A DNA stretch of 36,482 bases from a virus. Lineage: Duplodnaviria > Caudoviricetes. The notes below the pieces were generated by a model. It was not told where the DNA came from. It was given only the letters and a program-made list of their open reading frames with translations, and made no database searches. Positions within the stretch are counted from its first letter, which is position 1, and the number at the start of each line of letters is the position of its first letter. Below are positions 1 to 7,593 of this stretch, piece by piece. The translations under genes were made by a program, and so were the position numbers. The DNA is taken from the IMG/VR virus record IMGVR_UViG_3300012347_000345, positions 1 through 36,482 of that record. One strand, given 5' to 3'.

Positions 1-55
1 GCAAAAGAAAGGCTAATTAACTAGGTGTTTATTATGGCTTATTAAAGCCTAAAAA
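1..55. repeat. Terminal direct repeat, left copy (circular assembly overlap)
   Basis: Positions 1-55 are identical to 36428-36482; 55 is a common assembler k-mer size. Confidence 0.95.
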
Positions 56-205
56 ACCTTATTGCCTTAATACTTTAATAAATTGATTTTAAGCAGTTAT
101 TATTGCTTGCAATGTGATTGTATTATCTAGGCAATAATAATGCCTTAGAATTAAGATTTAGTGCCTTAAAAACGATTTTACATTTAAACTTTAAACTAGC
201 AAAAC

Positions 206-457
206 ATGAAAAGCCCAATTTCGCCAAATGATCAAAAGCAAAAATTTAAAAACCTATTATTTAGAATTATTCTAAAAAAGCACATTCGATGCCAAGGAAA
301 TCCTGGATTTCTGCCCCAAGCACATTTGGGTAAAAAAGCTGATAGTCCCAGGAATTTTTGGGGAAAAATTTCAAATTTGATCGGAATACTTTTGTGGATT
401 ATCGTTGGGCTTAATATTATTATCACTTTTTTAATTTATAAAATTTTATTTCAATAA
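206..457 (+). CDS. Hypothetical protein with C-terminal transmembrane helix
   Basis: A-rich leader before ATG; hydrophobic C-terminus LIGILLWIIVGLNIIITFLIY. Confidence 0.5.
   Translation: MKSPISPNDQKQKFKNLLFRIILKKHIRCQGNPGFLPQAHLGKKADSPRNFWGKISNLIGILLWIIVGLNIIITFLIYKILFQ
259..277. promoter_or_regulatory. Fur-box-like palindrome ATTTAGAATTATTCTAAAA
   Basis: Near-perfect palindrome with related copies at 32886, 32964, 33013 and 33880. Confidence 0.55.
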
Positions 458-460
458 ATG

Positions 461-493
461 TTTGCAAATATTATTAATAATTGTTTACATTTG
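461..493 (+). promoter_or_regulatory. Bacteroidota sigma-A-type promoter of the RHH gene
   Basis: TTTG (461-464), 21-nt spacer, TACATTTG (486-493); matches the TTTG/TAnnTTTG consensus. Confidence 0.75.
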
Positions 494-518
494 TAGAAGA
501 TATAACACCAAGAAAAAA

Positions 519-707
519 ATGAAGATTAAAACGATAGAAAATCCTAAAAAAGCAGGTCGCCCACAGGGTGAGCCAACATCGGTAATTTCAGTAAGAATCC
601 CAACCGCATTAAAGAAAGAAGTAGATGAGAGATTCGGGATCGGTTGGCAAGGAATGTTTAAGGACTTTATTAAAGTCTATTTAATGGACAAAAATTCCAC
701 AATTTAA
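519..707 (+). CDS. Ribbon-helix-helix (CopG/Arc-like) DNA-binding protein
   Basis: AGRP motif then alternating strand VISVRIP and helix ALKKEVD; start moved from 462 to the ATG at 519, downstream of the promoter. Confidence 0.7.
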   Translation: MKIKTIENPKKAGRPQGEPTSVISVRIPTALKKEVDERFGIGWQGMFKDFIKVYLMDKNSTI

Positions 708-788
708 TAGCAGTAGATTGTTTTTCATATAGTTGATAGGTTAAAGGTGATTATTTAAAGGGGTAGAATTTTTTTCTGCCTCTTTTTT
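708..788 (+). ncRNA. Candidate 3'-UTR antisense RNA element ending in a terminator
   Basis: TGTTTTTCAT (719-728) and ATAGGTTAAA (736-745) are complementary to early-gene leaders (TTTAACCTAT...ATGAAAAAC). Confidence 0.45.
757..788 (+). terminator. Intrinsic terminator
   Basis: AAAGGGGTAGAA / TTCTGCCTCTTT stem followed by a T tract. Confidence 0.8.
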
Positions 789-850
789 CAAAATTATTTT
801 TTCCTATTTAAAAAATGAGGCACTTTTTTGAAAATCATAAATCTGGAATT

Positions 851-952
851 ATGAAGCACCTTGATGAAATTAACCACAAATTTGTAGCTATTGCCTATTG
901 GATTATAGCTATTTGCTCGGTTGTTATACTACTTAAATGTTGCAACCTATGA
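851..952 (+). CDS. Small membrane protein (33 aa)
   Basis: Read by eye as MKHLDEINHKFVAIAYWIIAICSVVILLKCCNL; ATGA overlap with the next gene. Confidence 0.55.
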   Translation: MKHLDEINHKFVAIAYWIIAICSVVILLKCCNL

Positions 953-1164
953 CACCGAAAGAACAAGCAGAAGAATTAGTCAATAAGTTTAATTATGGCA
1001 ATAAACATTTCTTAATGCCTGATGCAAAACAATGTGCATTAATTGCAGTGGATGAGATTCTTGAAATATGTTCACTTGATTGTATATCCAATTTACATAA
1101 TCATGAATTTGAAGCCAAGTTTAATTATTGGCAAGAAGTTAAAATAGAAATAAAAAACCTATGA
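949..1164 (+). CDS. Hypothetical phage protein (MTPKE...AKQCALIAVDEI...YWQEVK type)
   Basis: ORF track, start refined to 949; paralog follows immediately. Confidence 0.75.
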   Translation: MTPKEQAEELVNKFNYGNKHFLMPDAKQCALIAVDEILEICSLDCISNLHNHEFEAKFNYWQEVKIEIKNL

Positions 1165-1340
1165 CACCGAAAGAACAAGCTAAATCATTTTATGTTCAAG
1201 CATTAATGCAAGGGTATAATGAAACGATTGCCTTAGAGATGGCAAAGTTCGCAGTTGATAAAGTTATCAATTATGGTGAATTGGATAGAATATCAGAGAG
1301 TTTTTGGTATGATGTATTAGAAGAACTCGAATCAATGTAA
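1161..1340 (+). CDS. Hypothetical protein, diverged paralog of 949-1164 (59 aa)
   Basis: Read by eye as MTPKEQAKSF...AKFAVDKVI...FWYDVLEELESM; ATGA overlap with the previous gene. Confidence 0.7.
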   Translation: MTPKEQAKSFYVQALMQGYNETIALEMAKFAVDKVINYGELDRISESFWYDVLEELESM

Positions 1341-1341
1341 T

Positions 1342-1479
1342 ATGAAAATAAGACTAACAGTATTTATGAATAGGCTTGAAATTTTGCCTTGCATCACACT
1401 CCACAAATGGAATAAGAGTGCATCAATTTATTTCTCTTGGATTATTTTCTCATTAGGCTTCGGGATCAAATGGAAGTAA
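1342..1479 (+). CDS. Hypothetical protein (45 aa)
   Basis: Read by eye as MKIRLTVFMNRLEILPCITLHKWNK...GIKWK; fills the gap in the operon. Confidence 0.55.
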   Translation: MKIRLTVFMNRLEILPCITLHKWNKSASIYFSWIIFSLGFGIKWK

Positions 1480-1820
1480 TATACGGAACTGTACCAAGTA
1501 AGTCTAACTCATATCGCTTTAGTGGTAAGTTTATGTATAAGACTAAGGCTTTAAAAGATTATGAGGCTTCTTTTATTGAGCAATGTACTTTTTATAAGGG
1601 AGCAAAAATAGAAGGTAACATCAAAATTATGCTAAAGGTTTACTACCCTAATAGGAAATCTGATTTAGATGGAGTTACCAAAGCCGTACTTGATTTGTTG
1701 CAAAAAGTAGAGGCTTTTGATAATGATAATAAGGTTGCAGAATTATTTTTATACAAAGGATTGGATAAGGAAAATCCAAGAATTGAATTTTTGATTGAAC
1801 CAGTAGATTATGTAATATAG
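1470..1820 (+). CDS. rusA: RusA-family Holliday junction resolvase
   Basis: VPSKSNSY, KSDLDGVTKAVLDLLQ, FDNDNKV and NPRIEF motifs; ATG at 1470 preferred. Confidence 0.88.
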   Translation: MEVIYGTVPSKSNSYRFSGKFMYKTKALKDYEASFIEQCTFYKGAKIEGNIKIMLKVYYPNRKSDLDGVTKAVLDLLQKVEAFDNDNKVAELFLYKGLDKENPRIEFLIEPVDYVI

Positions 1821-1947
1821 TCAGGTGGCGGAATTGGTAAACGCAAAAGCCAACTCGTATTTGGAAGCGAGTATAAATAAGACAATCCTGAGTTCGTGGC
1901 TGACAAGCTGGCACTTGGGCTTACAAGTTCGAATCTTGTCCTGACTA
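1819..1947 (+). ncRNA. tRNA-like RNA with an expanded central (anticodon/variable) region
   Basis: Acceptor stem AGTCAGG/CCTGACT, D arm GCG-GAATTGGTAAA-CGC, T arm ACAAG-TTCGAAT-CTTGT; 129 nt; no encoded CCA. Confidence 0.8.
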
Positions 1948-2022
1948 CTTAGTTTTTTTTAAAAAATCGTAGCGTCCAAACTTTGATTAACTAAAACTTG
2001 ACTGATGGAAAGACATCATTTT

Positions 2023-2104
2023 TTATACCTTAATAGGTACAAATATGATGATATTTATCAACATTATACCTTAAAGGGTATTATAATGATGGATTTTTAC
2101 AACA
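2023..2104. repeat. Degenerate 41-bp tandem duplication, each unit with a TACCT-N4-RGGTA palindrome
   Basis: Units 2023-2063 and 2064-2104 share 30/41 positions by manual alignment. Confidence 0.7.
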
Positions 2105-2128
2105 TTTTTTAACTAAACCAAACACACA

Positions 2129-2245
2129 ATGAAAGCAAAACTTAAAGACTTGTATTGGATCATGGTAGAATTATTCATAGCTATCATTTACATCCCAATA
2201 GATTATTTCAGAGAACTTTTTAACCTAAATTCAAACCAAAAATGA
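2129..2245 (+). CDS. Small hydrophobic protein (38 aa)
   Basis: Typical leader AACCAAACACACAATG; ATGA overlap with 2242. Confidence 0.55.
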   Translation: MKAKLKDLYWIMVELFIAIIYIPIDYFRELFNLNSNQK

Positions 2246-2610
2246 CACAAAAAGAATCACACAAATTTCTTACATACTACTCGCTATGTAATTTCATGAC
2301 CGACTTTATCGAAGATAAATGGTCAAATTCATCTCACAATGTTAAGAAAGTTAAATACCTAACTAACCAATTAAAAGGTGAATTAGAGAAGTCTATTAAT
2401 CACATTTTTGAATCAAAGCAAAATGGTGGTGTAGATATGAATAATGTTCTTGATCAGTTTGTTAATGCCAGCTTTGTAATGGAGTTCTTTTTTAATGTAG
2501 GATTGGAAATGGACTTAATGGATGAAGATAAGAAAGTAGAGTTAAACGATAGAATGAACAAGTTATTGCAAGAATATAACATAGACTTAAATAAATATGA
2601 AGGTAGATAG
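2242..2610 (+). CDS. Hypothetical protein
   Basis: ORF track; coupled with neighbouring genes. Confidence 0.75.
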   Translation: MTQKESHKFLTYYSLCNFMTDFIEDKWSNSSHNVKKVKYLTNQLKGELEKSINHIFESKQNGGVDMNNVLDQFVNASFVMEFFFNVGLEMDLMDEDKKVELNDRMNKLLQEYNIDLNKYEGR

Positions 2611-2962
2611 CATAGTAGAATCAGTAAGAGAAGATTTGCATAATCGTTCTCAGGTAGGAATCAAAAAGTATAATAATACTCTTGATCGTGAAGATTTAGA
2701 AGCAACCGATTGGATTCAACACGCATACGAAGAATTACTTGATGGGGCTTTGTACCTTAAAAGACTAAAAGGTGATGTTAAGGAAACAAATGAGCAATTT
2801 GATGAAGTTGTCAGGGGATACTTCAGAGTAACAAAAGAATTATCTGTTAAAGAAAAGATTATCGAAACTCTTAATAAGGTTATTTTATCCCAGGAGCAAG
2901 AGATAAAAGAACTTAAAAACGAAAAATATTTACAAGAAAAAAGAAGGGCTTGGCATTATTAG
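2597..2962 (+). CDS. Possible MazG-like all-alpha nucleotide pyrophosphohydrolase with a coiled-coil tail
   Basis: GIKKY..TLDR.DL...W..HAYEELLDGALYL contains an EExxD acidic motif. Confidence 0.5.
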   Translation: MKVDSIVESVREDLHNRSQVGIKKYNNTLDREDLEATDWIQHAYEELLDGALYLKRLKGDVKETNEQFDEVVRGYFRVTKELSVKEKIIETLNKVILSQEQEIKELKNEKYLQEKRRAWHY

Positions 2963-2973
2963 AGCCCTTTTTT
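2944..2973 (+). terminator. Intrinsic terminator overlapping the stop codon
   Basis: AAGGGCT...AGCCCTT followed by a T tract. Confidence 0.7.
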
Positions 2974-3013
2974 ATTTTTTTTGATTAATTTTTAAATATT
3001 TTTTAATATTTAT

Positions 3014-3044
3014 TTTGTTGTTATATAAATGTTTACTAATATTG
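3014..3044 (+). promoter_or_regulatory. Promoter of the replication/recombination operon
   Basis: TTTG (3014-3017), 19-nt spacer, TAATATTG (3037-3044, one mismatch to consensus). Confidence 0.6.
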
Positions 3045-3072
3045 TACAACAAACAACAAAAACAATAAAACA

Positions 3073-3312
3073 ATGAAAAAGCAAATTTACTCAATCGAAT
3101 TAATTTTAGCCCTTTTAGGGTTTCAGGTAGATGATTTCTTCATCATCTCATTTTGGAGAACAAGCGGAGAAACTTCACTTCAATCACACTATTCGGAAGA
3201 AATGTTCAATAAGTGTCAAATGTTATTAAATCAAGATTTCATTTATACTTATGATAATAACATTCATCAATATTTAAATCAAAAAATCAATTTACGAATC
3301 TCATTATCTTAA
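3073..3312 (+). CDS. Hypothetical protein
   Basis: ORF track; A-rich leader. Confidence 0.7.
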   Translation: MKKQIYSIELILALLGFQVDDFFIISFWRTSGETSLQSHYSEEMFNKCQMLLNQDFIYTYDNNIHQYLNQKINLRISLS

Positions 3313-3335
3313 TTTCAATTTAAACAAACACAATT

Positions 3336-3977
3336 ATGTCAATTATCGCTAAATCAAGCGGAGGTGGAAGCATCGAACGCAAAGTAGTACCAGCAGGAAA
3401 CCATGTAGCAAGATGCTACGGTATGATCCAAATCGGTACAGTGGAGCAAGAGTACAAAGGGGAAAAGAAAATGCTACATAAGGTTATGGTAGATTTCGAA
3501 TTACCTATGGAAACGGCAGTATTTAAAGAGGGTGAGGAGGCAAAGCCTTTTGTGATCTCAAAGGACTTTACTTTGTCATTTAATGAAAAATCAACACTTC
3601 GTAAAATGTTAGAGTCTTGGAGAGGTAAAGCATTTACGGATGCGGAAGCAGCAAACTTTGATATTTCTAAATTAATTGGAGCTCCATGTATGCTTAACAT
3701 TGTTCATAAGGCATCAGCTGATGGCACAAAGACTTATGCAAATATCACGGGAATCACTCCAATGCCTAAAGGATTGCAATGCCCCGATCAAATTAACCCA
3801 ACTAGATTATTAGCTTACGATGCTTGGAATCAAGATTTGTTTATGACTTTACCTGAGTGGTTAGCAGATAAGATTAGTGCTACACCTGAGTACAAGGCTA
3901 AGTTTGCAATGGATACACCTAAGCAAGAAGCATTTAATTTAGACAAGGTTGAAGAAGAAGATTCTTTGCCATTTTAA
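3336..3977 (+). CDS. Phage single-stranded DNA-binding-like protein
   Basis: PAG.H.ARC, TLS..EKS.LRK.LESWRG and LIG.PC motifs of a widespread phage OB-like family; acidic C-terminal tail EEEDSLPF. Confidence 0.7.
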   Translation: MSIIAKSSGGGSIERKVVPAGNHVARCYGMIQIGTVEQEYKGEKKMLHKVMVDFELPMETAVFKEGEEAKPFVISKDFTLSFNEKSTLRKMLESWRGKAFTDAEAANFDISKLIGAPCMLNIVHKASADGTKTYANITGITPMPKGLQCPDQINPTRLLAYDAWNQDLFMTLPEWLADKISATPEYKAKFAMDTPKQEAFNLDKVEEEDSLPF

Positions 3978-4001
3978 TTTACATTTTAAATAATAAATAC
4001 A

Positions 4002-4211
4002 ATGAAAAAATTTGTAAAGATTACGACAAGAGAAGGTGATGCTATTATTCGGTCATGGGTTGATATTGATATTATTGTTGAATTACATCAAAATTCAATT
4101 ACCCAACAAGGCAATAATGAGGGCACTTTGATTTATTATGAAGATGAAATTGAAGATAATAAACAAATCAATATTATAAATTTTGCAGATACAATAGATT
4201 CTTTATATTAA
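4002..4211 (+). CDS. Hypothetical protein
   Basis: ORF track. Confidence 0.7.
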   Translation: MKKFVKITTREGDAIIRSWVDIDIIVELHQNSITQQGNNEGTLIYYEDEIEDNKQINIINFADTIDSLY

Positions 4212-4223
4212 TCACAACACACA

Positions 4224-4505
4224 ATGACACGAAACGCAAACAAATTAGTCAAAACTATTGAACGCAGTATTGGCTACAAAGCAAGATTTGTTTTCAAATT
4301 TGGAAACTTAGAAGAAGATTTAGAATCTGAAATTTTAGGAGTTACGGAATCGGGGAATATGGTTATCATTAACCACCCCGATCCATTCCTAAACTTCTCA
4401 ATCATGGAGGAACATATTACTAAGGGAAAAAGTGAAATGTTGCCAAAATTAGTTAAGCAAATGTGTATCCCAATCAATAACATTTTAGCATTTAAGTTAT
4501 TATGA
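4224..4505 (+). CDS. Hypothetical protein (best target of the candidate sRNA at 10720-10796)
   Basis: ORF track; typical leader. Confidence 0.75.
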   Translation: MTRNANKLVKTIERSIGYKARFVFKFGNLEEDLESEILGVTESGNMVIINHPDPFLNFSIMEEHITKGKSEMLPKLVKQMCIPINNILAFKLL

Positions 4506-4723
4506 GTAAATCAAAAGAAAAACTACCAATACCTAGAGGTAGGAGTTATTCGGAGTTGTTTCAAGAAACGGCAATTCAATTGAATAAAGATAAAAAACTC
4601 CCATACCGAGGCAGAGAATATACAATAGGAATTGTACAATCTCACGCATATAGCAAGATTAATGATCCACAAGTTGAAGAATATTTAAAACGCATCGCAA
4701 ATGAATGGTATAATACCAAATGA
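4502..4723 (+). CDS. Possible small DNA-binding protein
   Basis: AIQLNKDKKLPYRGREYT resembles the A..LN..G...RG..W pattern of recombinase-type DNA-binding domains. Confidence 0.45.
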   Translation: MSKSKEKLPIPRGRSYSELFQETAIQLNKDKKLPYRGREYTIGIVQSHAYSKINDPQVEEYLKRIANEWYNTK

Positions 4724-4898
4724 CACAAAGTGGCAAGAGCAACAAGAGATTCTCTCAAATGCCCATTGGGAGCAAATATTCCAACTATTAGAGTTCATGG
4801 TTAATGGGATATACCCAGATGACTTTGATGAGTTAAGCCCAAGTGGAGATGTAAGAGATTATTTTAAAGCCAAATATCAAGTAACATTTAAAAACTAA
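4701..4898 (+). CDS. Hypothetical protein
   Basis: ORF track. Confidence 0.65.
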   Translation: MNGIIPNDTKWQEQQEILSNAHWEQIFQLLEFMVNGIYPDDFDELSPSGDVRDYFKAKYQVTFKN

Positions 4899-4903
4899 AC
4901 CAA

Positions 4904-5644
4904 ATGAACACACCCGAAATTATTGAAAAACTAAAAGATGACAATGAATACTACAATGGATTTGGTAGAAATTATTTATCAAATTCGGACATTGGTGTCT
5001 TATTGAGAAATCCAAAAATGTTTGGAGTGCATGGAGAAAAAACTCTTGCAATGCTTCAAGGAGGATATTTTCATACAGCTTGCTTAGAGCCTCATAAATT
5101 AAAAGATTTTCCTTTAGTTGATGCTTCTACTCGTACTACTAATTTATATAAAGATGCTTGCAAAGATAGAGGCTTAGACTTTATGCTTTTGACTAAGGAA
5201 GCGGAAGAAGTAGATTATATGGTGAAAGCACTAAGAAATAATCGTGATCTATCTAAATTAGTTTGGGATAATGGTTGCAAATATGAAGTTCCAACTACGG
5301 GAGTAATTATGGATTTACCATTCAAAGGGAAAGCCGACATTATTAATGGGGATATGATTTATGATCTGAAAACAACAACATCGTTGGATGACTTCAAGTA
5401 TAGTGCTAAGAAGTATAATTATGATTCTCAAGCTGCAATCTACCAACAATTATTCGGGAAAAAGATGGCATTTATTGTCATTGAAAAGGGAACTAATCGC
5501 TTAGGATTCTTTCAATGTTCCGATGAGTTTATTGAAAATGGCTGGACTAAGGTTGCCAAAGGAGTTGAGGTTTATAACAACTTTTTCGGAGTGAACTCTT
5601 ACATGGACATTAATCAGTATTACATCAACTCTTACTTATTTTAA
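4904..5644 (+). CDS. PD-(D/E)XK exonuclease, RecE/exonuclease VIII-like
   Basis: LSNSDI, G..FH...LEP, KGKADII, YDLKTT and Y.YDSQAAIY motifs. Confidence 0.85.
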   Translation: MNTPEIIEKLKDDNEYYNGFGRNYLSNSDIGVLLRNPKMFGVHGEKTLAMLQGGYFHTACLEPHKLKDFPLVDASTRTTNLYKDACKDRGLDFMLLTKEAEEVDYMVKALRNNRDLSKLVWDNGCKYEVPTTGVIMDLPFKGKADIINGDMIYDLKTTTSLDDFKYSAKKYNYDSQAAIYQQLFGKKMAFIVIEKGTNRLGFFQCSDEFIENGWTKVAKGVEVYNNFFGVNSYMDINQYYINSYLF

Positions 5645-5646
5645 TT

Positions 5647-6042
5647 ATGAGAATATTATTAGACCCAATTTTTAAATCAAAAGATAGAGTTTATCATTAC
5701 AAATATGGTTGGGGAACAGTTATGGAAATTCATAATGGAGTAAACCAAAGAATTTTAATAGAGTTTGATGAGGTTAAAAATCTAATCCGTGAAATGAAAG
5801 CAGAAGAAAATCTTTTATCATTTGCCGAATACACTCTTAAAGGCTTCTCCCAAGAAAGACCTGAAGAATTGCCAAATAAAGGTGATATTGTTTGGATAAG
5901 AAATGAATTTCCAAGCGAATGGGAAATTGGATATTTTTTAAAGAAAGAAGGTAATACATATTATATTTCATCCTCTAAAGGCTCACAAGGGTGGAGAAGT
6001 GCAGGACTCGAAATGACAACAACTGACCCATACGAAAAATAA
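5647..6042 (+). CDS. Hypothetical protein (probable tandem small beta-barrels)
   Basis: DRVYH..YGWGTV and KGDIVW.R patterns. Confidence 0.65.
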   Translation: MRILLDPIFKSKDRVYHYKYGWGTVMEIHNGVNQRILIEFDEVKNLIREMKAEENLLSFAEYTLKGFSQERPEELPNKGDIVWIRNEFPSEWEIGYFLKKEGNTYYISSSKGSQGWRSAGLEMTTTDPYEK

Positions 6043-6047
6043 TACAA

Positions 6048-6251
6048 ATGAACACACAACGAGAAATACTACGAAATGAACAAGGTATCATAATCAATGA
6101 ATTAGGAACAACCTTTAATGAATTTGGTCAAAACCTTTATAATCAATTAAATCTTAATTATTACAAACTTTATGGCAAAGCAATTAACCCAGCAAGAAAA
6201 AGCACTCAAAGACAATCGTTTAATGGTACAAAAACTAATAGAGGAATATGA
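6048..6251 (+). CDS. Hypothetical protein
   Basis: ORF track; ATGA overlap with 6248; competes with the overlapping ORF 6172-6363. Confidence 0.55.
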   Translation: MNTQREILRNEQGIIINELGTTFNEFGQNLYNQLNLNYYKLYGKAINPARKSTQRQSFNGTKTNRGI

Positions 6252-6472
6252 AGAACTTAAAAGTATCCCCAATTGCAATCCTATTAGTGTTATCGCTTAT
6301 AACTATTTTGTCATGGAGTTCAAAATCTCAGATGATGAACACGCAAATAGTCTTGGAATATAAATTTAGTGAGTTTGATGATAGTTTTCATGAAGATTTT
6401 GATTCTACTTATTATTACTACGGGTGTCAATACAATACTTTCAAACTAAATCATAAATGCAATGGCAAATAA
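6248..6472 (+). CDS. Hypothetical membrane-anchored or secreted protein
   Basis: N-terminal hydrophobic stretch IAILLVLSLITILSW. Confidence 0.55.
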   Translation: MKNLKVSPIAILLVLSLITILSWSSKSQMMNTQIVLEYKFSEFDDSFHEDFDSTYYYYGCQYNTFKLNHKCNGK

Positions 6473-6689
6473 ACAAACCGCAATGATGCAGATGCTTGAG
6501 TTCATTCATACTTTAGGTGAAAACTATGAAAGTAAGATGCACGCAGTCCTATGTCAAGAAAAAGCCATAGAACTTCTTGAAATAGAAAAAGAGCAGTTAA
6601 AAGATGCTTATTCTAATGGTGTTGTTAGGCATCTACATAGTAAAACTATATTATCAGAAGAATATTACAACGAAACTTATGGCAAATAG
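6462..6689 (+). CDS. Hypothetical phage protein (KQTA...EKEQ...YYNETYGK type)
   Basis: ORF track; paralog of the next gene. Confidence 0.75.
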   Translation: MANKQTAMMQMLEFIHTLGENYESKMHAVLCQEKAIELLEIEKEQLKDAYSNGVVRHLHSKTILSEEYYNETYGK

Positions 6690-6882
6690 ACAAACTCCAG
6701 TGGAATGGTTAATTCAAAGAATTATTCATTCAAGTAATCTGCCAATTGAAACAATTAATGATCTAATTTTTCAATCAATAGCAATAGAGAAAGATGAGAT
6801 TGGTAGAGCATACCAAGAAGGACTATTAGATGGTATGAATCACTCACCTAAAGATTATTATAATAGAACTTATGGCAAATAG
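6679..6882 (+). CDS. Hypothetical phage protein, paralog of 6462-6689
   Basis: MANRQTPVEW...EKDEI..AY..G...YYNRTYGK; start refined from 6604 to 6679. Confidence 0.75.
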   Translation: MANRQTPVEWLIQRIIHSSNLPIETINDLIFQSIAIEKDEIGRAYQEGLLDGMNHSPKDYYNRTYGK

Positions 6883-7138
6883 AAACGCAACAATTACCCA
6901 AGATGAACTAAAGTGCCCAAATTGCTCATTTGACTACTCAAAGACAAAACTTGTTGAAAGATTTCTAAAAGTAGGGAATAAGGTGACAATGAGTTTTAGT
7001 TGTGATTGCAAAAGAAGATTGGTTATTAGGCACATGGTTAATTTTATAAAGATTTACGATGTAACCGAAATTCGCAATAAGCAAAACTTAAAAGCTAAAA
7101 TGGATAGAATTAAATCTAAGCAAAATGGAGCAATCTAA
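6872..7138 (+). CDS. Putative zinc-ribbon protein
   Basis: CPNC...CDC cysteine pairs; basic C-terminus. Confidence 0.6.
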   Translation: MANRNATITQDELKCPNCSFDYSKTKLVERFLKVGNKVTMSFSCDCKRRLVIRHMVNFIKIYDVTEIRNKQNLKAKMDRIKSKQNGAI

Positions 7139-7367
7139 GCAAGATGAATATTACCAAATGGCAATTGATTGGGTAAATGATTTTATTCAAAATAATGATG
7201 AAATGATTGATTTTAAATGTTTTGATGGTGTAACTATTTTTAATTCCCATTTGACATTATTAGTCTGGAAGCAAAGGCTTGAATTATCAAAGAATCGTGA
7301 AAAACACGCATCATTTTTAAAGATTAAGAAATTTAAAGATTGGTATAATGAAAAACAGAAAATATAG
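7125..7367 (+). CDS. Hypothetical protein
   Basis: ORF track. Confidence 0.7.
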   Translation: MEQSKQDEYYQMAIDWVNDFIQNNDEMIDFKCFDGVTIFNSHLTLLVWKQRLELSKNREKHASFLKIKKFKDWYNEKQKI

Positions 7368-7578
7368 AGTCTTAGAAATAGATAATCGTTTTTTCCCGCA
7401 AGAGAAAAGATGGTTTTGGTGGGTGTATTTAGATAATATGGTAGAAAGCATTACTTGGAGTGGAGAATTTAAAAATCATTCAGAGTGCTGGGATTTAAAT
7501 GAAGCAAAAGATGTGATAAGAAAGCGAAAGTTATGGCTAAGAATTAAATATAAACAACCAATAGTTCACAATTATTAA
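7348..7578 (+). CDS. Hypothetical protein
   Basis: ORF track; KYRV...FFPQ.K.WFWW pattern. Confidence 0.7.
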   Translation: MKNRKYRVLEIDNRFFPQEKRWFWWVYLDNMVESITWSGEFKNHSECWDLNEAKDVIRKRKLWLRIKYKQPIVHNY

Positions 7579-7593
7579 CTAATCAACAACACA

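Noticed and set aside
1-55. Biological terminal repeat
   Set aside because: The exact 55-nt overlap is typical of assembler circularisation; real ends more plausibly lie near terS.
1675-1914. Minus-strand ORF
   Set aside because: Shadow of rusA and the tRNA-like RNA.
1819-1947. Suppressor tRNA / alternative genetic code, or tmRNA
   Set aside because: Genes are full length under the standard code and no stop anticodon is evident; the RNA has a full D arm, no G3:U70 pair and is too short for tmRNA.
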